Shown here one piece after another: positions 8,814 through 17,824 of a stretch of 41,984 bases of DNA. Position numbers and translations under genes: made by a program. The stretch lies in assembly GCA_013140485.1 (NCBI GenBank), contig JABFSS010000104.1, positions 1 to 41,984 on the forward strand, in the 5' to 3' direction. Within the stretch, counting starts at the first letter, position 1; every line of letters starts with the position of its first letter. The stretch is from Candidatus Peribacteraceae bacterium. GTDB lineage: Bacteria > Patescibacteriota > Gracilibacteria > Peribacterales > Peribacteraceae. The notes beneath the pieces were generated by a model that worked only from the letters and a program-made list of their open reading frames with translations, was not told the DNA's origin and did no database searches.

Positions 8814-9261
8814 CCCGCTGGCGGTCCTCGCCAAGCGGTTGGGGCATCAGATCGAGATCGGCGGCAAGCAGTTCACGATCTCGCCTTTCACTGTTTCCGA
8901 GCTCGCGGACCTGGATGACCGGCTGGGAGGTATCGCCGGCAACATGCAGGAGCTTATGAAGATCAAGAACATGCTGTTCTTCATCTGGCTCGGCGTCCGC
9001 AAGACCGGCCTCACCCAAGACCAAATCGACAACCAGGAGTGGGCGTTCAACGAGCGCCGGATTGGTTCGCTGATGGGCCCCAATGACGGCGAAAAGCTCA
9101 TGACACTGGTGGCCCGGATCGCAGCCGTTTCCGGGATCCCGTTTGGAGCTGCGGAAGGCACGCTCGTGGACGCTTTAAAAAAAAGCGTCGGCGAATTAGA
9201 GGAGACAGCACCTGGCCAGCCGTCTTCTACGTCCTCCGAGCCAAGTGTGGCTTCAGCCTGA
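8776..9261 (+). CDS. Tail assembly chaperone (gpG-like, zero-frame product)
   Basis: ATG 8776 is preceded by AAGGAG (8761-8766). Located directly upstream of the tape measure and contains the slippery A8 run. Confidence 0.75.
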   Translation: MSAEKIAPSQEPSPLAVLAKRLGHQIEIGGKQFTISPFTVSELADLDDRLGGIAGNMQELMKIKNMLFFIWLGVRKTGLTQDQIDNQEWAFNERRIGSLMGPNDGEKLMTLVARIAAVSGIPFGAAEGTLVDALKKSVGELEETAPGQPSSTSSEPSVASA

Positions 9262-9398
9262 AAGAAGTTCTCGGCATGACGATCCCCGAAGTGGAGCTGT
9301 ACGTCGGGGAATACACCGAGGACCGGAAGAAGCAAATTGAGATCGAGACGAACATCGTAACCGCGGGGATCGCAAAAGCGTTCAATGGCAACCGGTAA
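8776..9398 (+). CDS. Tail assembly chaperone, -1 frameshifted long form (gpGT-like)
   Basis: I translated the -1 frame from the A-run and it is open to TAA 9396-9398. It reads KKKRRRIRGDSTWPAVFYVLRAKCGFSLKEVLGMTIPEVELYVGEYTEDRKKQIEIETNIVTAGIAKAFNGNR and ends inside the tape-measure start. Confidence 0.7.
9175..9185 (+). promoter_or_regulatory. Programmed -1 ribosomal frameshift slippery site (TTAAAAAAAAG)
   Basis: Run of eight A at 9177-9184, read as L-K-K in the zero frame. This is the canonical position in siphovirus chaperone genes. Confidence 0.7.
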
Positions 9399-11397
9399 CG
9401 TCGTCGAAGTCGTAGTCAAGGCACGGGATGAGGCAAGCGCAGTATTCCAGGCGCTCTCCCGCGGGGTGGATACCCATGCCGAGGCGTTCAAAAAGGCCGG
9501 CTTGATCATGACCGGCGCCGGCGCGGCGATCACCGGATCCATGGCGCTGTTCGTCAAGGCGGCCGCCGACTCCGAGCGGGCATGGTCCATCGTCACGCAG
9601 CAGGTGGCCAACACCGGGCTGTCGGTGGAGCAGACCGTTCCCAAGATCAAGGCGTTCTCCACGGCCATGATGGAGCTGACCGGGCACAGCGACGAAGCGG
9701 TCGGCGCGATCGTGGCCCGCATGCTGCCCGCCACCAAGGACCTGGACACCGCCATGCGGGCCACGCAGGCCTCGCTGGACCTGGCCGCCACCGGGTTCGT
9801 GAACCTGGACTCCGCGCAGCGCGTCGTCGCGCAGGCCATGGACGGCAACGTGGAAGCGCTCCGGCGGTACGTGCCCGGGCTGCGCAACCTCACCCAGGAG
9901 CAGATCAACGCCATGACGGCCACGCAGAAGCAGGAGCTGGCGCTGAAGTCCATCCAGCAGGTGTTCGGCAGCCTGGCCGCGAAAGAGGGGGCGTCCCTGC
10001 AGGGCCGGATGGCAGCGCTCAAGCAGACGTTCGGGGAGCTTCAGGAAACGCTCGGCGTGCAGCTGCTGCCGGTGGTGATCCGGATGACCGAATCCCTCCG
10101 GCAGCTGGTGGCCGGCTTCAAGCAGTTTGCCGATGAACACCCGGTGCTGACCAAGGTGATGGTCGGTTCCGCGGCGATCATGGGTGTTTTGCTGACCGTC
10201 ATCGGAGCGATCGGACTGGCGCTCCCGGCCTTGATTGCAGGCTTCGCCGCGGTTCCGGGCGTCCTGCAGGCCGTTTTCATCATCGTGGGGCCGCTGGTGG
10301 CGGCCTGGGGGCTCATGGAGATCGCCATCAAGGGGATCAACTTTGTGGTGGAGAAGGCGATTGCTCTCTGGAACAAGCTGGCCGACGCCGTCAAGCGGGC
10401 CAAAGGGTTTCTGTTCGGCGGCGGCGAAGCAGAAGCAGCTGTCGCGGCCGGGCCCGGGCCTGCGGGGCTGCCGCAGGCACAGATGGGTGGACTGTCGACC
10501 GGTGGGCTATTGCCCCCAGGGGGGGGTGGATCCGCCGAGGCGGTTGGTCCCATGGGCTTCAACCGGGAGCAGCTGCAGGGGCTTATGCAGGAACTGCTGG
10601 AAACCACCCGGATGACCAGCGAGGAGATCAAGGTCGTCTTCGAGGAAATGGGGATCGCCATTGACGAACAGCTGGTCGCGCGCGCGCAGACCAGCCGGGA
10701 TTTCTTCCGGGGCATCATGGACGGTTTGGCCGAATACAGCGAGTTCATCACCCAGCGGATCGGGACCGGCTGGGATACCGTTCAGGGCTTCATGAAGAAC
10801 TTCACGGCCACGACGCTGAAAACGTTCCACCAGGGTATGAGCAGCGCCCTGTCCTCGATCGTGCTGGGGACCGCCACGGCCAAAGAAGCCTTCTCGCAGT
10901 TGGGCCAGCAGATGGTCAAGTCGATCGTGGATTTCATGGCTGAAATGGCCATTTCGTTCGTCACCTCCAAGATCCTGCACGTGGTGGCGGCGAAGGTGGC
11001 AGCCGTGACCGGCTCAGCCGTGGCCAGCGCGTGGGCGCCGGCGGCCGCGTTCGTGTCCCTGGCGACGTTCGGCGGAAACGCCGGACCGGCGGCGGCCGGG
11101 ATCGCTGGCGTGGTGGGGTTGGCGCAGGGGATTGCAACCGCCTCCGCCGGCGTTACGGCCTTAGCCAAGGGCGGCATCGTCACGGAGCCGACGTTGGCGC
11201 TGATCGGTGAGCGCGGTCCGGAGGCGGTGATCCCTCTGAATAAGGCCGGCGGCATGGGCGGCGTGAACGTCACCATGAACATCCCCGGGCTGACGGTCCG
11301 GTCCGATGACGACATTCGGACGATCGCTGTCAAGATCGCCGAGGAGCTGGGCTACATGATGGAACTGGGGCTGCGCCGCCCGGTCACGGTGGGCTGA
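9385..11397 (+). CDS. Tape measure protein (670 aa)
   Basis: Long Ala/Gly-rich helical protein with central hydrophobic segments and a conserved C-terminal GGIVTEPTLALIGERGPEAVIPL motif. Sits after the chaperone. Confidence 0.9.
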   Translation: MATGNVVEVVVKARDEASAVFQALSRGVDTHAEAFKKAGLIMTGAGAAITGSMALFVKAAADSERAWSIVTQQVANTGLSVEQTVPKIKAFSTAMMELTGHSDEAVGAIVARMLPATKDLDTAMRATQASLDLAATGFVNLDSAQRVVAQAMDGNVEALRRYVPGLRNLTQEQINAMTATQKQELALKSIQQVFGSLAAKEGASLQGRMAALKQTFGELQETLGVQLLPVVIRMTESLRQLVAGFKQFADEHPVLTKVMVGSAAIMGVLLTVIGAIGLALPALIAGFAAVPGVLQAVFIIVGPLVAAWGLMEIAIKGINFVVEKAIALWNKLADAVKRAKGFLFGGGEAEAAVAAGPGPAGLPQAQMGGLSTGGLLPPGGGGSAEAVGPMGFNREQLQGLMQELLETTRMTSEEIKVVFEEMGIAIDEQLVARAQTSRDFFRGIMDGLAEYSEFITQRIGTGWDTVQGFMKNFTATTLKTFHQGMSSALSSIVLGTATAKEAFSQLGQQMVKSIVDFMAEMAISFVTSKILHVVAAKVAAVTGSAVASAWAPAAAFVSLATFGGNAGPAAAGIAGVVGLAQGIATASAGVTALAKGGIVTEPTLALIGERGPEAVIPLNKAGGMGGVNVTMNIPGLTVRSDDDIRTIAVKIAEELGYMMELGLRRPVTVG

Positions 11398-12143
11398 TGC
11401 CATCCACCCTGCAGCTGCGGTTCGGGACCGCCAACCTGGACGACCTGGTCGAGGAGTGGAGCGAGGAATACGATCGCCGGGACAACGTCGTGCTGCTGCC
11501 TCGGCTGGACGGCGCCAAGATTGACGTCGGCAAGTTTGGGGCCCGCCGGATCAAGGTCCGTGGCCAGCTGGTGGGCGCAACCTTGGCGGCCACGCAGACC
11601 TCCTGGGACGCGATCGTGAAGGAGCTGAACAACGGCAAGCAGTACCTGACCATCTACAACGACCGGCGTATTGAGGCGCAGCGGGACTCTCTCTCCTACC
11701 GGTATCGCGCCGGCACGCCACTGACCGTCGTGCTGTTCAGCGTGGGCTTCGTGGCGGCCGCGCCTTTCTGGGAAAGCACCTCTCTGACCACGACGCCACA
11801 GGTGATTTCCTCCAGCCCCACCACCTTCGGGGTCACGAATGGGGGATCCGCCTACGCGCGGCCGAAGATCACGCTGACCGCGGACCAGGGGAACACGATC
11901 ACCAGCGTCACGTTTGAGAACACCACCAACGGCAAGAAGTGGACCTGGAGCGGGACCGTAGCGACCAGCAAGGCACTGGTGGTGGATACGGACGTCGGCA
12001 CCGTCAAGAACGACGGCGTCGACGCGCTGGCCACTTTCAACGGGGATCTGGTTCAGTTCATCTTGGACGCTGGCAGCAATAGCCTCAAATACACCGGCCA
12101 AAACTGCACGATCAGCGTAGAACACCGAGACCGATACGCCTAA
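11397..12143 (+). CDS. Distal tail protein (Dit-like, siphovirus tail family)
   Basis: ATGA overlap with the tape-measure gene. 248 aa. The N-terminal pattern LPRLDGAKIDVGKFGARRIKVRGQL is typical of Dit proteins. Confidence 0.65.
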   Translation: MPSTLQLRFGTANLDDLVEEWSEEYDRRDNVVLLPRLDGAKIDVGKFGARRIKVRGQLVGATLAATQTSWDAIVKELNNGKQYLTIYNDRRIEAQRDSLSYRYRAGTPLTVVLFSVGFVAAAPFWESTSLTTTPQVISSSPTTFGVTNGGSAYARPKITLTADQGNTITSVTFENTTNGKKWTWSGTVATSKALVVDTDVGTVKNDGVDALATFNGDLVQFILDAGSNSLKYTGQNCTISVEHRDRYA

Positions 12144-12277
12144 ACCAATCGGAGGGTCAGATGATCCAGGCAGTCCAGTGCTACTGCAGCTGGCCAGCAT
12201 TACGCACGCTGGCATCGAGCAGGATCATTTTTTGGAGCTTGGGTTGACCGACGTGCGCCAGATGACCGAGCAGAAAC

Positions 12278-12706
12278 ATGGATAGGCCGATCCGAATTCT
12301 TAAGCCGCTGGTGGATCTAAAGAATTACATTCTATGGATTGATTCCGTATCGGGCCGATGGGTGAAGGAGCCGATCACAGAAAAAGCGTACCAGGATCTT
12401 GCCGTGTCGAGATTCCCGAATAAGCCGTCAGGGTTTAACGGTTCTCAGACAGAATGGGAAACGGCCTGGTCTACCGGGAAAGCAAAAGCAATCGGCGGGA
12501 GATATATCGACGGAGAAACGCAGCTTGGGGATGCGATTGTCCATGACGACGCGATGGTTCAGATTTTCCTCGGAGATCTCGACAACGAGGGGAGCTTGAA
12601 GATTCCCTGGCAAGATTACACAGGCGAGCCGGGCAAGCTGACGACGATCAGCCTAATTCCGATTCCTGGCGTGACTATCGTGAACGGCATTATAAAGGGG
12701 CTCTGA
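12278..12706 (+). CDS. Hypothetical protein (142 aa) in an AT-richer insert
   Basis: ORF in a visibly AT-richer segment. No family recognised. Confidence 0.55.
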   Translation: MDRPIRILKPLVDLKNYILWIDSVSGRWVKEPITEKAYQDLAVSRFPNKPSGFNGSQTEWETAWSTGKAKAIGGRYIDGETQLGDAIVHDDAMVQIFLGDLDNEGSLKIPWQDYTGEPGKLTTISLIPIPGVTIVNGIIKGL

Positions 12707-13401
12707 TGGCGATTGCTCTGGATGTGAGCGATACCGGGAACGTGGCGGCCGCCAGTTCGCTTACTTTTTCTCATACCTGTACCGGATCGAATTTAATGTT
12801 GATCGTCGGGGCGCACGCAGAAGACGCCACCACCGCAGACCGAGTCGTAAACAGCGTCACCTACGCCGCAGTAGGAATGACAAAGATCGACGAGCAATCA
12901 GTCAACGGAACGAACACGTCTTCTCAATGGTATTTGTTTGGCCCTGCAACGGGGGCGAATAATGTAGTGATTACCTGGGCCGGAACCGTTGCCGCTGGAA
13001 TTGGTGTAGCCACCAGTCTTACTGGTGTTGCACAGCAGGCCCCGGAAGCCTTTGCTAAAAATAGCGGGACCGGAAGTTCGCCGATCACCGTGACCGTTAC
13101 GACGGTGACCGTTGATGCCTGGGTTGTGGATTCGGCGCAGATCGCAGATCACCAGAAAACCTTGACACCCGGAGCGGGTCAAATCCAGCTCTCTCAACTT
13201 TCAGATGGAAATCTTAGAGTGATCGCTACCTATGAAGGGCCTGTTGCGACCCCTGCTGCAACCGTGATGAGCAATTCTTGGGTCAACAACAACAGAGACT
13301 GGGCGACGGTGGCGGCCGCTTATGCGGAGGCGGCAGCTGGTGGATCCACACAGCCGCCTCGATCAATGCACCAATTTCGACTAAGGAGGGGGAACATCTA
13401 A
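12706..13401 (+). CDS. Hypothetical beta-rich tail-module protein (231 aa)
   Basis: ATGA overlap. Thr/Val/Ala/Gly-rich and likely all-beta. No family recognised. Confidence 0.6.
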   Translation: MAIALDVSDTGNVAAASSLTFSHTCTGSNLMLIVGAHAEDATTADRVVNSVTYAAVGMTKIDEQSVNGTNTSSQWYLFGPATGANNVVITWAGTVAAGIGVATSLTGVAQQAPEAFAKNSGTGSSPITVTVTTVTVDAWVVDSAQIADHQKTLTPGAGQIQLSQLSDGNLRVIATYEGPVATPAATVMSNSWVNNNRDWATVAAAYAEAAAGGSTQPPRSMHQFRLRRGNI

Positions 13402-14543
13402 TGTGGCTTAAACAGTCTACCGCTGTAACGCTGAAGCTCGGCCCGTTCGTGGATGATACTGACGGGAAAACTGCCGAAACAGCGCTGACGATTTCTCAGG
13501 CCGACGTGCGGCTTTCCAAGAACGGCGGCGATATGGCCCAAAAGAACGAAGCCACTTCTGCGACCCATGATGAGATCGGCTATTACGATGTGCCCCTTGA
13601 TGCCACCGACACGAACACCTTGGGCCGCCTGAGGGTTATGGTGCATGAGAGCGGAGCGTTGCCGGTTTGGATGGACTTCATGGTGGTTCCGGCGAACGTG
13701 TGGGATTCCCTGTTTGGGGCCGATACGCTCAAGACGGAGGTGGTGGAGATCTCGGGCGATACGGTGGCGGCGGACAACCTGGAAGCAGAATTCGACGGGA
13801 CCGGGTACAAGAGCTATTTGCGGCGGGCCACGGCTCAGGCGGGGGCGGCCGGGACGATCACGCTGGACGCTAGCGCATCGGCCACGGACGACCTGTTCAA
13901 CGGGTGCTTGGTGGCCATCATCAGCGGTACCGGGTTCGGGCAGGCACGGTTCATTAGCGATTACGTCGGCTCCACGAAGGTTGCGACCATCACGCCGAAC
14001 TGGATCACCAACCCGTCGTCGGATTCCGTGTTCCTGATCCTTCCGCGCGGGCGCGTGGATGTCGGGTTCCTGGCTGGGACCGCGCAGACGGCCGGGGATC
14101 TCGCCGCGCTGATCAACACGATCGACGATTTCTTAGACACCGAGATCGCCGCGATTAAAGCGAAGACGGACAACCTACCGTCAGACCCTGCCGACGCCAG
14201 CGACATTGCCGCCGCGCTGACGATCATCGATGACTTCCTGGATACGGAAATCGCGGCGATCAAGGCCAAGACGGACCTAATCCCGGCCGCTCCGGCAGCC
14301 GTTGGGGATATTCCGACGGCCAACGCGAATGCGGATGCGCTGCTGGATCGCGCCGCCGGCGTGGAAACCAGCTGGACCATCCGGCAGGCGATGCGGATCC
14401 TCCTAGCGGTGGCGGCCGGCAAGCTCTCCGGTGCGGCGACAACCACCGTGGCCATCCGGGACATGGCCGATTCGAAGGACCGGATCTCGGCGACGGTGGA
14501 CGCCAGCGGCAACCGATCGGCGGTCACGCGTGACGCAACCTAA
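13401..14543 (+). CDS. Hypothetical tail protein with internal 35-aa tandem repeat (380 aa)
   Basis: ATG 13401 (TAATG overlap) is preceded by AAGGAGGGGG. IDDFLDTEIAAIKAKTD occurs twice. Confidence 0.7.
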   Translation: MWLKQSTAVTLKLGPFVDDTDGKTAETALTISQADVRLSKNGGDMAQKNEATSATHDEIGYYDVPLDATDTNTLGRLRVMVHESGALPVWMDFMVVPANVWDSLFGADTLKTEVVEISGDTVAADNLEAEFDGTGYKSYLRRATAQAGAAGTITLDASASATDDLFNGCLVAIISGTGFGQARFISDYVGSTKVATITPNWITNPSSDSVFLILPRGRVDVGFLAGTAQTAGDLAALINTIDDFLDTEIAAIKAKTDNLPSDPADASDIAAALTIIDDFLDTEIAAIKAKTDLIPAAPAAVGDIPTANANADALLDRAAGVETSWTIRQAMRILLAVAAGKLSGAATTTVAIRDMADSKDRISATVDASGNRSAVTRDAT

Positions 14544-15757
14544 TGTTTGCAGGGCGTTTTTTCCCGGGGCGGTATTTCCCGCCGCGGTACTTCCCGCAGG
14601 TTGGCGCCGATCCCCCGGTTGTCATCGTCCAGGAATCGGGGATCGAGTACCTGGTGGAGCTGCGGGACAACAACTTCAACTTGGTGGGCCGGTTGGAGGA
14701 CGAGATCGAGTCCCTGCAGTGGGGCTACTCCCGCATCGGAGGCTGCGACGCGCTGCGGATGGTGCTGAACCGGAAGATCGAGGATTTCGGCAACCTGTCC
14801 GTGGACTACGACGTGCAGATCAAGCTGCGGAATCCGGCCACCAACGATTACGACCTGTGGTGGAGGGGCTTTCTGGAGCAGCGGGAGCCGATCTTCGGGG
14901 AGAAGGAGCGGGTGTCGGTGGACGGATTCGGCTACATCGCGCAACTGCAGCGGATCAACGTCAACCAGACGTACACCACCACCGAGGTCAGCGCGATCGT
15001 GGACGACATCCTGACCAACCTAATCGTGCCGAACACGAAGATCGTGCGCAACGCGGCCAAGATCGCCACTACCGGCGTGACGCTGGACAGCATCCAGTTC
15101 AAGGACGTGCCGGCGGACCAGGCGATCAAGACGCTGGCGGAAACGGTCGGCACGCGGGAGTGGGGCGTGGACCGCACGCGGGAGTTCTTCTTTCAGGCCC
15201 GGTCCAGCACGATCTTGAAGCGGTACATCGCGGGCAAGGACGTGGAGGAGTTCCGGGTGCTGGACTCCTTCGGCACGATCATCAACCGAGTGATCATCGA
15301 GGGCGGGGACGTGGCCGGCGTGAAGTTCCGGCGCGTGGTCTCGGACGCGGCCAGCATCACCAAGTATGGCCTGCGGGAGAGGGTTGTGGTCAACAACGCC
15401 ATCACGACCAACGCGGTGGCGGACGCTTATGGTGCGGCGATCTTGCGGGAGAGCGCCGCGCTGGCGCGGCGGGCCTCGGCATCGATCTACAAGGTGGAAT
15501 CGCTGATCGAAAGCTCCACGCCGTTGGGCACCATCATTTTGCGCGGGATCTTGGGTGGAACTACCTGGGGAACAAAGAAGTGGGGCACATTTCTCTGGGG
15601 TGGCGAGTTTTCCTATCAGCCCAACAACATCCGGTACAGTCTCAACCGCGGCGGCCGCCTGGATGTCCGGATCGAGCTGGGCCAGCGCCGACCGGAGTTG
15701 GTCGAGGTGATCCGGGAGATGGGCTTGCGGCTCGAGGAAGTCCGAGCGAGAGCATGA
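14543..15757 (+). CDS. Tail hub / Tal-like protein (ReqiPepy6 Gp37-like family)
   Basis: TAATG overlap. 404 aa. IEYLVELRDNNFNLVGRLEDEIESLQWGYSRIGGCD resembles the siphovirus Gp37-like / prophage-tail N-terminal family. Confidence 0.6.
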   Translation: MFAGRFFPGRYFPPRYFPQVGADPPVVIVQESGIEYLVELRDNNFNLVGRLEDEIESLQWGYSRIGGCDALRMVLNRKIEDFGNLSVDYDVQIKLRNPATNDYDLWWRGFLEQREPIFGEKERVSVDGFGYIAQLQRINVNQTYTTTEVSAIVDDILTNLIVPNTKIVRNAAKIATTGVTLDSIQFKDVPADQAIKTLAETVGTREWGVDRTREFFFQARSSTILKRYIAGKDVEEFRVLDSFGTIINRVIIEGGDVAGVKFRRVVSDAASITKYGLRERVVVNNAITTNAVADAYGAAILRESAALARRASASIYKVESLIESSTPLGTIILRGILGGTTWGTKKWGTFLWGGEFSYQPNNIRYSLNRGGRLDVRIELGQRRPELVEVIREMGLRLEEVRARA

Positions 15758-15820
15758 AGCGGATTTTTTGCCTGAGAAATTTACGGATAGTCCATCAACT
15801 TTGATCTGGGGAGGCCAGCT

Positions 15821-16195
15821 ATGAGTTGGAAGAATGCCCAGAAAGGGCAATTGATCACATTGACGTTCGGGGAACACAACGTGCTGGAACGGTTTCCTAT
15901 GGCGGCCGGGCTCAGTGCGGAGTGGATCCAGGAGATCCCGCCTTGCGCAAAGTGTGGCAATGACGACGTTGTCACCACTGTCCATCTTGTTGAGGAGGCC
16001 ATTCTGTTACTGCCGGCGCCGGCCTACGAGCGTCTAAAAAAAGAGGTCGGACCCGAGGGGATTAAAGAACAGGTGGTGATCGTGCTGGTCTGCGCGGACC
16101 AGCGGATCCTCCGGATTGACAGCTCGCTGCGAAACGAAGCGTCACTGCGCCAGCTCGTGCTTGACAAATCAACGCTGTACAAGAGGCTGGCGTAA
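15821..16195 (+). CDS. Hypothetical protein (124 aa)
   Basis: SD GGGGAGG. AT-richer than the flanking genes. Confidence 0.55.
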   Translation: MSWKNAQKGQLITLTFGEHNVLERFPMAAGLSAEWIQEIPPCAKCGNDDVVTTVHLVEEAILLLPAPAYERLKKEVGPEGIKEQVVIVLVCADQRILRIDSSLRNEASLRQLVLDKSTLYKRLA

Positions 16196-16198
16196 CCC

Positions 16199-17302
16199 GT
16201 GGGCACCGCTGTTTATCCGGGAGCTATCAAGACCTACGTCGACCTGATCGACAACGTGGACCTGGCGCAGGCCAGCCAGCCCAACAGTCTCCAGGACGAA
16301 GTCACGGCGATCCAGACGTACTTGGGCCTGCTCGTTCAAGGGCCGGACTCCACGATCCTGGAACGGCTCCGGCGCGGCCCGGTTCAAACGCTGACGAATA
16401 AATCGGGCGCTTCCCGGGCCGCTGGCGATGTAGTCGTTCAAGACACCGGAAACGACGCTGCTTTCGCGACCACTACCACCGCCAACCTGAAACGGAACGT
16501 ATACGTGGTTCGGGAAACCATCGCTGACAATGCCGTCGGAGCGGTTCAGTCGAGCGGCCGGGTCGTCACCGTGAAAGTGACCGGGGCGGTCGTCAAGGGC
16601 AACGTGCTTGTCACCTCGACTACGTCGACACGCGCGAAGGACGGCGGGTCCGCCGACCTCGTAGATGGTGCCTTCGCGCGTGCACTCACGGCGAACGCCA
16701 GTGGGGACGGGACCGTGGAGGCCCAGCTGTTCGGAGCGACGTTGCTGGCTTCAAATGCGCAGCGGGCCGACAATCTTTTGAAAAACGGATCGTTTGAGGA
16801 ATACACGGGGGCCGATGCTGACAACTGGACGCGGGCTGGAGATTTAGCTTCAGGGCATGGGCAGGATACAGGCAGCGGGCAATTTGGAAACAGCTCTGAT
16901 ATTACGGTGGTCAATCCGGCCGGTACGGGAACCTTAACTCAGACGCCGCTTGCAACGATCAGCGCAATCGTGAACACCTATTTTCGAGGCAAAACATTTT
17001 CTGGATGGTGCCGGGTGCGGCAAGCGAGCGGCGCAGCGTCAATCACGGCGCAACTGCGAATCAGCGACGGGGTGGGGAACACCGACGGAGCCGCCGTTGC
17101 GCTTCCTGATGACGGTAGCTGGGTTACTCTGGAAGTGACGAGAGCGATTGATGCGGCGGCAACTTCACTTGCGCTGCAAGTACGGTTAATCAATGGAGCG
17201 GGTGGAACCTGTTCTTTTCGGACGGATGGCGCCTGCCTGGTCCTGGGCACGATCCCGACCGAATTTCTGGCCCACCCGGACGATGCGGCGGCCTACGCTT
17301 AA
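16199..17302 (+). CDS. Tail fibre / receptor-binding protein with CBM-like C-terminal domain
   Basis: GTG start. The N-terminal LAQASQPNSLQDEVTAIQTYLG motif is common in phage fibres. The C-terminal NLLKNGSFEEYTG...W pattern resembles the start of a carbohydrate-binding jelly roll. Confidence 0.65.
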   Translation: MGTAVYPGAIKTYVDLIDNVDLAQASQPNSLQDEVTAIQTYLGLLVQGPDSTILERLRRGPVQTLTNKSGASRAAGDVVVQDTGNDAAFATTTTANLKRNVYVVRETIADNAVGAVQSSGRVVTVKVTGAVVKGNVLVTSTTSTRAKDGGSADLVDGAFARALTANASGDGTVEAQLFGATLLASNAQRADNLLKNGSFEEYTGADADNWTRAGDLASGHGQDTGSGQFGNSSDITVVNPAGTGTLTQTPLATISAIVNTYFRGKTFSGWCRVRQASGAASITAQLRISDGVGNTDGAAVALPDDGSWVTLEVTRAIDAAATSLALQVRLINGAGGTCSFRTDGACLVLGTIPTEFLAHPDDAAAYA

Positions 17303-17335
17303 TGCTGTCGAATTGGAACCTGTAAGGAGGAACTC

Positions 17336-17824
17336 ATGAAAGATTTTGTCTGGACGTTGCTGTTCGCTCCGTTCGTGGCGGCCTATCTCTGGCAGCTGGG
17401 CGGCGCGGACGTTCCGCAGAAGGTGAACTGGCTGGAGGGGAAGTATTGGCGGCGCTTCGGTGTCCCGCTTTTCCTCGCTTTCAACTCGATCGCTTGCAGC
17501 ATCTTCTGGGGGGTCACCGCCATCGCCGCGATCGGGCTTTGCATCGCTGCCAGCGAAGGGTACGGCAAGCTGATTGATCAGCGCAACTGGAAGGCGCTCT
17601 GGCTGCTGGGCCTTCGTCTCAGCGTTCCGGCTTTGATCCTCACCATCAGTGCTGGCGCATGGCTCTGGGTCCCGATCTGCGCCCTGCCGGCGGTGGTCTG
17701 GGTGGGATCCGTCTGGCTCTCCAATCACCCGAGCATCAGGATGCCCTGGAAGCTGGCCGAAGGACTCACCGGGTTTTCTGCGATTGCGGCCTGCGTGCCG
17801 GCATGGATCGTCAAATTCTTGTGA
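17336..17824 (+). CDS. Polytopic membrane protein (162 aa, at least 4 TM), holin candidate
   Basis: SD AAGGAGG. Several hydrophobic helices. Follows the fibre gene. Confidence 0.5.
   Translation: MKDFVWTLLFAPFVAAYLWQLGGADVPQKVNWLEGKYWRRFGVPLFLAFNSIACSIFWGVTAIAAIGLCIAASEGYGKLIDQRNWKALWLLGLRLSVPALILTISAGAWLWVPICALPAVVWVGSVWLSNHPSIRMPWKLAEGLTGFSAIAACVPAWIVKFL

Noticed and set aside
15758-15780. T-run GGATTTTTTGCC after the Tal-like gene as an intrinsic terminator.
   Set aside because: The preceding stem is only 4-5 bp (TCCG/CGGA), and the fibre genes downstream need to be expressed. This is not convincing.
14431-15804. 457-aa + strand alternate-frame ORF overlapping the Tal-like gene.
   Set aside because: The product is Arg/Gly/Pro-rich and nonsense-like. 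The 14543..15757 frame has a TAATG-coupled start and recognisable tail-protein sequence.
16199-17302. Possibility of a diversity-generating retroelement acting on the fibre C-terminus.
   Set aside because: No reverse transcriptase gene and no template-repeat copy of the fibre 3' end occur anywhere in the genome.
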